Shown here: piece by piece, positions 52,430-64,000 of the stretch | Layout of the letters: each line of letters begins with the position of its first letter | Numbering within the stretch: the first letter of the stretch is position 1 | Source of the DNA: Eledone cirrhosa | Lineage: Eukaryota | DNA: 64,000 nt | NCBI GenBank assembly: GCA_964016885.1 | Contig: OZ024741.1 | Span: 85,374,001-85,438,000, forward strand | Reading direction: 5' to 3' | Notes under the pieces: model-generated | The model's input: only the letters and a program-made list of their open reading frames with translations | Told to the model about the DNA's origin: nothing | Database searches by the model: none | Position numbers and translations under genes: made by a program

Positions 52430-52696
52430 TGCAACATGTATTTAGTTTCATAGATTTTTAGGGTAGTAGTGAGAGGAATTAAGCGTGTAAGGGAGAGGGT
52501 TACAGCATATATTTAGTTTTATCGATTTATTTTCATAGAAGCATGAAATTTTTGGCAAAGTTTATTAGGCGTTGACCATCCTTGGTAAATTTGGAGCACA
52601 TTGGAAAAAATCATCAAAATCGGTAGAGAAATGTGGAAATGCATAAAAATCATACACACACACAGACAGACATCTTCCGTTTTATATATATTGAGA
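52430..52696 (-). mobile_element. 5' fragment of a non-autonomous Helitron
   Basis: Reverse-complement homolog of 13322-13590. Confidence 0.65.
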
Positions 52697-52702
52697 TATA
52701 TA

Positions 52703-53572
52703 CGAGGTGTGTCAGAAAAGTTCCAGGTCACAAAAGATTTATTTCAAACCCAAACTTCACACTAAGAGTTTTTTCCTTCAAAATAATCCCCCTGGAGTCT
52801 AATGCACTTTTCCATCCTTTTCTGCCACGCTTGCATGCACTCCTTGAAGGATTCTTCCGGGATCCTCCGCAGTTTCATCGGCCTTTTTGATGTCGTCCAC
52901 GTCTTCAAAACGGGTCCCCTCCGGGTCGTACTCGAGGATCCATGACTCATCACCGGTGATGACTGTCCCTAGCAAGTCTGGTTCGGTTTCAAGACGCTCG
53001 AGGATGTCCCGGCACACTTGCATGCGTCGCCCTTCTGGTCATCGTTCAGCAGGTTTGGCACCATCTTCGCGCAGACTTTCCGCATGTCCAAATCTTCAGT
53101 GAGAATCTTCCAGACGCTCTCCCGATTCATGCCCAGCTCATTTGCCATCAGTCGAACAGTCAGCCGACTATCGCTACACACCATCTGCTTGATGCGCTCA
53201 ACGTTGACCTCAGTCCTGGTTGTTGAGGGCCTTCCGCTCCTGGGGTCATCTTGCACCACTCAAAAACACGTGAGCGTGACATCGTCTCATCTCCATACAC
53301 TTGCTGCAGCAATCCCAGTACTTCTGACGGAGTTTTCCCCAACCGTACCAGAAACTTCAAGTTTGTTCGTTGCTCTGTGCTCATTGCTTGACGACCTGAA
53401 ATAGAGGACATGTATATAATATTATGAAGAAAAAAGTTTGATCGCTGCAGAGAGCTAAGATTACAGTTACATACTCCAGGGGGATTACTTTGAAGGAGAA
53501 AACTCTTAGTGTGAAGTTTGGATTTGAAATAAATCTTTTGACATCAGTCCTGGAACTTTTCTGACACACCTC

Positions 53573-53573
<1 letters not shown>
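52703..53573 (-). mobile_element. Internally deleted mariner transposon
   Basis: TIR CGAGGTGTGTCAGAAAAGTTCCAGG at both ends with TA flanks. Encodes EQRTNLKF, DDPRSGRP, AKMVPNLL, ITGDESW and QGDYFEG; most of the catalytic domain is deleted. Confidence 0.92.
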
Positions 53574-53625
<52 letters not shown>

Positions 53626-53725
53626 TATTGAAATTTCCGTTGGAAACAGAAAAGGTCATAGAAATGAAGAGTGCTCTATGTAAGTATCAGAGCAAAATTT
53701 AATGTATAAAAATCAATACAATATA

Positions 53726-53803
53726 ATTACCTCATTACCAGAGGTTTCCCGAATGAGGCGAATACGAAATAAACGACTTCATTCGTTCGTCAGACGAGGC
53801 AAT
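53726..53803 (-). ncRNA. Type I hammerhead ribozyme (family B, Naiad pLTR)
   Basis: ATTGCCTCGT-CTGACGA-ACGAATGA..TCATTCGG-GAAA-CCTCTGG-TA-ATGAGGTAAT: 10-bp stem I (two G-U pairs) and a GUA triplet. Confidence 0.85.
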
Positions 53804-54969
53804 ATAAAACATGGGCAAATACTTAGAAAAACACATCAAGAAAATCAAAAAAAGATATAGATAAATGAAATAGAAATTGAAATATATAAAAATCTATCAA
53901 GAAATATAGTTAGGTGTGTGTATATGTATGTATATATGCTCACAGATGTGCATATATGTATATGTGCACATGTACATGTATAGTGAGAAAGTGTGCGTAA
54001 TTCTGAAATAGGGCAAATGTATCTATATGTCTGTATTATACAGACAGAAATGGTTACATCGTAAATATATGAATATGAAGGCGCGCGCATAAAACGCCTG
54101 GACACTCGTACGCTTAGGTGCGGAAAGAAAGGAGGTAAGGGAGTGTAATAATTAAAAGAAAAGGGTCAGTCTCGATATATTTATAAAAATATAATAACGA
54201 TAAATTAGAAAGAAAAAATTAAAGAAAACAAAAAAAAGGGGGGTATATACATACACAGACACGCGTGTCTCACAAAAGAAATGTAAAAATAATTATGCTT
54301 ATATAAACACGCGCACTTACACTTCCATACGTTCGATACGTACATACACATACACACACACACATACCTATACTCACGCATATAAACCTGTTTACATGCC
54401 CACGTATGAAACAGTAAGTAAAAAAAGGAAGCGGGGGGGGGAGAAGAAAAAAGGAACAAAACATAGAACCGAGATGTCAAAAACACGGATATAAAGACAC
54501 GTACACATACGCATAATATATACATACACACACACACAAACACCTGTACACACACACACATATACACGTACACACACACATATACATACACACACATACA
54601 CACACGCACGCGCGCGCACATGCGTAGTCACTCATGTACATATATAAAAAGTATACACACATTAAGGCGTTCAGCCATATTGAAATGTGGATAAATAAGT
54701 ACAAATATAAAATTGTAAGATAGGCTGCGCAAAAATAAAATAAAAATGAAAATATCTGGATTGAAAAACACAAAAGACAAGTGTAATCAGTTAGTGGAGG
54801 AAAAAGGGAAGTAAAAGAAGGGGAAGTAAAAAATAGAAAATAGGAAGTGGATCTTAGAATAAAGGGGGGGGGGGGGGGTGAAATGTGAAGTAAAAATAAA
54901 TGAAATTATTGACAAGGATAAAAATGAAAGTAAGTCAGAAAGGGTAATTAAAAAGAGAATAATAAGAGT

Positions 54970-57107
54970 TTATGGAGGATAAGTATCTGAAAGTGTGTTA
55001 AGTTTATATGAGCTGGAAAGCAGGTGTGATTTCATGTGTGGGCAACTGGTGAAAATTTCCGTCTTTGTGTTCAGGCAGGTCTTTGGTGATTTAAGATTTT
55101 GCAATATCCAAAATTTTTCATTTATGCAGAGCGTGCATTTTCTTGTTCCTCTAGCATATTTTTTAGATTGGTTCAAAATTGACCAATCTAGTTTATATTG
55201 GATGCCTTGGTCTTTCAAATCCCAAATTCTGCTAGCCAGAGATGTTGTAAATCTTTTTTCTGGATGTCGAAAGGATGCGACATGTGAGTAATAACGCGTT
55301 TTGAATCTGTCTTGCGTCATACCCACATATCGTTCACTGGTGGCTGGATGGTTGTTGCTGATGGTTGTCACTTTAGCCGCATATACACTGGCTTTGGTGT
55401 TGCATTTACCTTGTAATGGGCATTCACTTTTGATTCTACAGGAGCAAGTTTGATTTTCTCTAGGTGATATTTTGTTGAGGATATAGGACTTAATAGGGGG
55501 ACCGCAGGAATAGCTAATTTTAACACAGTTTCTGTTAAAGATCTTATAGTGTCTATGTGTTCTAGGGAAATGTTTATCTAGGAGTTCTAGGAATTTTTTG
55601 CCTACATTAGTTTTAACTGCTAGAGAGTAGGGGGGTGTGAACCAGATTATTTTTCTTTTCCTATTTTTATGTTTAATAGAGTTAGTGTAGTTAGGTATGT
55701 ATTTAATCGGTTCGCTAAAGCCGCTATTTTGGAGGGCTTTATTATAGTAGGGGGATGCCTTATTAAAAATAGCTTCTGAGGAAGAGAGGGTGGAGATCCT
55801 ACGGCTAATATTAGGGATAAGGTTTTTAAAAACTATAGGTGGATGGCAAGATCCTTTATTTATATATTTTAAGTTTTCATTAGGTTTATGGTATGGTTTA
55901 TAAGAAGCAGTAGGCAAATCTAGGTTTATATCTAGGAAATCTACGTTGGAAAGGTTAGTGTCAATAGTAATTTTAAGATTAAAACTAGCGAATTTTTTAT
56001 TAAGTCTTTCCTTAATCTATCTAAGTTATGGCCTATGGTGGTATGGGAAAGTATTAGACCATCATCGCGATAAAGCCCAAAAATATGGTTAGGAAATTGT
56101 TCTTTAAGTGTATGTGAGAGGAATAGGCCGACCAGATCACAAACCTCGGCACTGTCATAAGAGCCCATTGAGACATCGAATGGGTTCTCTGGGTTAGATA
56201 TTTTTACCCAAGTGTCATTATCATTAAAAAGTAGAGTGTTCCTAGCATGCAAGATGACATCCTCTTCAATATCGGAGATATTAGTGAACCCTCTAGCGAA
56301 ATTTAAAGCTTTCACTAAAAGGGTCTGAGTAATAGATGGGTAGAAATCTACGATGTCAAATTGGGTGAATCTAGAACTGATTTTGTTTTTAATATTATTA
56401 AACCAATGTACTACGGAAGAGCTATTTATCCATTGGAGTAATTTAGACTTACTTCTAATGTGTGTATTTAATTTATTTAAAATTTTTTTGCTGGCAAGAC
56501 CAATATCAGTCTTAGCAGGGTTGATTAATCTACAACTAGGGCGATTAATAAAGTCGGGTTTATGATCTTTAAGGGTGATATACGTAGAACGTTTAGCAAG
56601 TTTTTCTGTCCTATTATCTATTTTTAAAGAAACAGCTAATTCTTTAGCTTCCTTATTTATATTATGGTACGTATTTATATTAGCTATTTGGTATTTAGAG
56701 GTGATATTATCTATTAATAGTTGGTCGTGTAAATTATTATTAACTTCGTATCGGTTTTTAGTTTTATCTGAGAAGATGAACTTATTATTAGAAGATTTGA
56801 AAGTAGAAATATCATTAGATAATTTAGATTGAAAGGGGTTAGAGTACTTACGAAAATTGATGTTGTTGATAAGGTTAACTAGGCCTAATTCAAAGGCGGT
56901 CATATCTTTTACTCTTTGCGGGTATTTGTGAGTTTTGATGTCAAAATATTCCGTAGAATCCGTGTTAAATTGACCATCGAGAATCAAAGCTTTCCATCTC
57001 ATTCTTTTAACAACCCTCTCTACTTTGTCTATCAGTATTTTCGTGTAGAGAGTGTTAGAAGGTGTTGGGATATTCTTTACAGAGTAGTCCAAAGGGTATT
57101 TGTCCAT
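54970..57107 (-). pseudogene. Naiad-type PLE RT + GIY-YIG polyprotein, single frameshift
   Basis: YSVKNIP..KRMRWKA, ITLKDH, RLINP, FDIVDFYPSI, MGSYDSAE, LYRDDGL, CSC..CPLQGKC, VYAA..YVGMT. A 1-nt indel near 55992 is shown by comparison with the + copy. Confidence 0.92.
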
Positions 57108-57326
57108 GTTCGGTATTGGTTTAAAATCCTATGACTGAAGAGTGCTCGACTTTAAAAGGGCTGGAAGGTGCCAATCTCATAACGATGTAGAATATGCTGC
57201 GATCATTCCCTTGGGAGCTTTATAAGTATTGAAATTTCCGTTGGAAACAGAAAAGGTCATAGAAATGAAGAGTGCTCTATGTAAGTATCAGAGCAAAATT
57301 TAATGTATAAAAATCAATACAATATA

Positions 57327-57404
57327 ATTACCTCATTACCAGAGGTTTCCCGAATGAGGCGAATACGAAATAAACGACTTCATTCGTTCGTCAGACGAGG
57401 CAAT
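57327..57404 (-). ncRNA. Hammerhead family B (5' pLTR)
   Basis: Identical to 53726-53803. Confidence 0.85.
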
Positions 57405-57837
57405 ATAAAACATGGGCAAATACTTAGAAAAACACATCAAGAAAATCAAAAAAAGATATAGATAAATGAAATAGAAATTGAAATATATAAAAATCTATCA
57501 AGAAATATAGTTAGGTGTGTGTATATGTATGTATATACGCTCACAGATGTGCATATATGAATATGTGCACATGTACATGTATAGTGAAAAAGTGTGCGTA
57601 ATTCTAAAATAGGGCAAATGTATCTATATGTCTGTATTATACAAACAGAAATGGTTACATCGTAAATATACGAATATGAAGGCGCGCGCATAAAACGCCT
57701 GGACACTCGTACGCTTAGGTGCGGAAAGAAAGGAGGTAAGGGAGCGTAATAATTAAAAGAAAAGGGTCAGTCTCGATATATTTATAAAAATATAATAACG
57801 ATAAATTAGAAAGAATTAAAGAAAACAAAAAAAAAAG

Positions 57838-60542
<2,705 letters not shown>

Positions 60543-60850
60543 AAATATGTACGTATGGGTTATATCGAACATTAATAATAATGTTCAGTTCGTTTGTACA
60601 TAGATCGATATAAATATGTGTGCACGTATGCATACTTACATTTATGTATCAGCTTGTGCTAGGGCGAGAAATAAAATTCTAATTTTATTCTTAATTTTCA
60701 GCAAGGCCAGCTGTAACTCGCTCGGTAAGCAAATAAAGCTACTCATTCGATGTATACTTAAGAAAATACTATATATTTTAAACCGTACGACACATTGGCA
60801 GAGAGGTATACAGTACTGTTGAAAGTTAGTGACCCACGGCACAGCTTTAA

Positions 60851-61028
60851 AGCGGATTGGCAGTATCGGTAGAGGGTCGGACGCCATGCTTTGCAGTATA
60901 AAGTTACGTCCCTTTACAGTCTGAGTTAAAATTCCGCCGTGGTTAACTTTGCCTTTCATCCTTACGGGATCGATAAAATATAGTACCAGTAATGCTGGCC
61001 TTGTGCCAAAAGTAGAAACAATTATTAC
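60851..61028 (+). mobile_element. tRNA-derived SINE
   Basis: Same family as 34534; a partial copy also lies at 47882-48000. Confidence 0.75.
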
Positions 61029-61078
61029 TAGTGTTCGATATAACCCATACGTGCCTATGTATATGTATATATATGTGT

Positions 61079-61144
<66 letters not shown>

Positions 61145-61279
61145 ATGTGTGTGTGTGTGTCTTTCTTGTTTATTTTATATATATATATATAATTAGAATT
61201 TTGTTTTTCGCCCGAGCACAGCTGATACGTATGCATACTTACTTATATATATATGTGTGTGTGTGTGTGGTGTCTTGTT

Positions 61280-61322
<43 letters not shown>

Positions 61323-61422
61323 TATTGAAATTTCCGTTGGAAACAGAAAAGGTCATAGAAATGAAGAATGCTCTATGTAAGTATCAGAGCAAAATTTAAT
61401 GTATAAAAATCAATACAATATA

Positions 61423-61500
61423 ATTACCTCATTACCAGAGGTTTCCCGAATGAGGCGAATACGAAATAAACGACTTCATTCGTTCGTCAGACGAGGCAAT
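61423..61500 (-). ncRNA. Hammerhead family B
   Basis: Same motif as 53726-53803. Confidence 0.82.
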
Positions 61501-61764
61501 ATAAAACATGGGTAAATACTTAGAAAAACTCATCAAGAAAATCAAAAAAAGATATATATAAATGAAATAGAAATTGAAATATATAAAAATCTATCAAGAA
61601 ATATAGTTAGGTGTGTGTATATGTATGTATATACGCTCACACATATACACACACCTAACTATATTTCTTGATAGATTTTTATATATTTCAATTTCTATTT
61701 CATTTATCTATATCTTTTTTTGATTTTCTTGATGAGTTTTTCTAAGTATTTACCCATGTTTTAT

Positions 61765-61842
61765 ATTGCCTCGTCTGACGAACGAACGAAGTCGTTTATT
61801 TCGTATTCGCCTCATTCGGGAAACCTCTGGTAATGAGGTAAT
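61765..61842 (+). ncRNA. Hammerhead family B, plus strand
   Basis: Intact core; one substitution in stem II. Confidence 0.8.
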
Positions 61843-61866
61843 TATATTGTATTGATTTTTATACAT

Positions 61867-61897
<31 letters not shown>

Positions 61898-61971
61898 AAC
61901 AAGAAAGACACACACACACATATATATATATATATATCCACACATATATATACATATACATATATATATAT

Positions 61972-62105
<134 letters not shown>

Positions 62106-62143
62106 ATATATATATATATAAAATATATATTATATATATATTA

Positions 62144-62450
62144 TCTATATATCTAAGACAGAGATTGTCTGTCTGTCTGTCTGTCAGCTCATTAAAACTC
62201 AAGAACCACCCAACCGATTGTTTTCAAATTTTACACATGTAATGTTTAAGGTCCTGTGAGTGTTTCGAGAAAAAGATTTCAATTTTCAATGCCCTCGGGA
62301 CCGTATTAGACGATTTAGCGATCTATGTCTATCATTCTTAGTCTTTCTTTTTAGATAGATACATAGATATAAGGTTGCGCCCTTATAATGTCTGTCTGTA
62401 TGCTTGGCTGTCTGTATTACCACATTATGACGCGGTGTGTGTGTGTGTGT
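62144..62450 (+). mobile_element. 5' fragment of a non-autonomous Helitron
   Basis: TCTATATATC..GTCTGTCTGTC start; homologous to the reverse complement of 6280-6574. Confidence 0.6.
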
Positions 62451-62461
62451 ATATATATGTA

Positions 62462-63044
62462 CTAGCAGTGGTACCCGGCGTTGCACGGGATAAGGTATTT
62501 TGGAACGCGGGCCACCAACAGACCTAATCGTGGAAAAACTGCATGCCTGGACATTATGTTACGAAAATTAATCGAATACTCTGATGGCTGGATAATCTAA
62601 GATTTTCCTCGATGAAGCAGGAAAATGCAGGTTTTCACCTAATGCGGGCCCTAGGTGATCAAGAAAATGAATTTTTTCTATGTGCATAATATGCCTTGAA
62701 ATTTCGGGAAAATCGGCTAGACTTAATGCCTCAAAAAAGCCCTAAAAAGCTGAAAAAAAATTAAGTTTGACCTAATGCGGGCCCTAGGCCATAAAAAAGT
62801 TGGATTTTCTTTGCTCACGGTATGAAGAAGAGACTGACTAATACATAGTTACAATTTCAAGGAAATCGGTAAGACGTAACGGCTCAAGAATCCCCTGAAA
62901 AGTTGAAAAAAACGCAGTTTTTCACCTAATGCGGGCCCTAGGGGATCAAAAAGTTGAAATTTTTATGTGCATTACACTCTCTGAAATATAAGTAATACAC
63001 ACGTAAAGTTTGAAAAAGATCGGTTGGGTACTTCTCGGGTTTCA

Positions 63045-63075
<31 letters not shown>

Positions 63076-63648
63076 GCGCGCGCACACATATATATATATA
63101 TATATATATATACACCCATACACACATACAAACATACATTCATACATACATCCTTCCTCAGTTTTATATATATACATATATAGATTAAAATAACAGATTA
63201 AAGTTTAAGCAAAGAATCGTTGCTTTCACCCTTAACGGGGTCTTCTGAAACTAAAAACATCAATCTATGAACGCAGAAGTAAATATTTCAAAAAACGTTG
63301 CAACCGAAAGAAAACAGGAAGACGACACTTTGGTTCGTGAAGACGTTCCCTGGCAATGAACGGATAATAGCGAACATAATACGTCATCAATGTTCGTCAG
63401 AATGTCGTAATGCAGACAGCCAGGATACAGACAGATATTATAAGAACGCGACGGAGATGGATAACCGGCGCCTAACACCCCTTTAACAACAGAAAATTGA
63501 AAAATAAAAGCTGCAATTAATATCTTTAGACCGCAAGGAATATATAAATGCAAGGTTGAAGTCAATCAGAGTAGAAATGTGGATTTGTGTAGACTTTGCG
63601 AAAATGAGGACACACACACAGACAACATCAGTTTTATATATATATAGA
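62462..63648 (-). mobile_element. Non-autonomous Helitron(s), nested or tandem
   Basis: CTAG plus the CCCGGCGTTGCACGGG hairpin at 62462; TC-type 5' ends at 63184 and 63648; three internal CCTAATGCGGGCCCTAGG repeats. Confidence 0.65.
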
Positions 63649-63868
63649 TATATAACACCCCGGCGGGCAGGCGCAGCAAAATAACACCCAGAAAACAATC
63701 CCTGCATACCAAAAATTATCCGGGAAAGACTGCCCTAACACCGGCCAAAGTTACCTCCCTTGACCTGCTGCAAAATCAAAACAAGATATTTTTGCGAGCA
63801 ATGAATCTTGATGTGGATTTAACCCCCAAAACTCTTTCCGAACTATATAAGGAACACTTGTGATTGTT

Positions 63869-63913
63869 TATGCCCTTGAGAAGCCCAACTGGGCGAAACG
63901 TACGTAGGTGATA
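63869..63913 (+). ncRNA. Minimal hammerhead, U3-A8 core variant
   Basis: TATGCCC-TTGAGAA-GCCC-AACT-GGGC-GAAA-CGTACG-TA-GGTGATA: perfect stem II, palindromic stem III, partial stem I. Confidence 0.6.
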
Positions 63914-64000
63914 TTTTAAATAAACATGTTTTAACGGTCTATTCTCCGATTTTTCACTTTCCCACGTGCTTACGCTCTGCTAACTCTCTAGCCCACTAAA

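Larger units (their letters stand above)
53622..57836 (-). mobile_element. Near full-length Penelope-like element (Naiad-type) with direct terminal repeats (pLTRs)
   Basis: 53622-54240 is repeated at 57221-57836, each copy with a hammerhead, and a single RT+GIY-YIG ORF lies between them. The 3' end abuts (TA)n. Confidence 0.92.
61320..61868. mobile_element. Solo Naiad pLTR folded back as a palindrome
   Basis: 61398-61625 is the reverse complement of 61645-61867; (TA)n on both sides. Confidence 0.85.

Overview
Eukaryotic, AT-rich and microsatellite-laden DNA. The repeat families most resemble an octopus/cephalopod genome (inference, not verified). The only host gene I could detect is four phase-compatible spliced exons of a CCDC148-like coiled-coil gene (+ strand, 30554-37795). 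Almost everything else is transposable-element derived: a decayed RTE LINE, a Tx1/L1-type LINE with a 20-bp TSD, CRE-like REL-endonuclease fragments, a RepHel Helitron plus several non-autonomous Helitrons, a Buster-type hAT, an internally deleted mariner, tRNA-derived SINEs, and many Penelope-like elements (PLEs), including a near-intact Naiad-type element next to an inverted copy of itself. The most striking signal is invisible in the ORF track: about 16 type-I hammerhead ribozyme motifs from about 8 sequence families. They include minimal forms with palindromic stem III, U3-A8 core variants and forms with a very long stem II. Most sit in PLE ends and fold-back inverted repeats. All calls come from manual reading; no searches were run.
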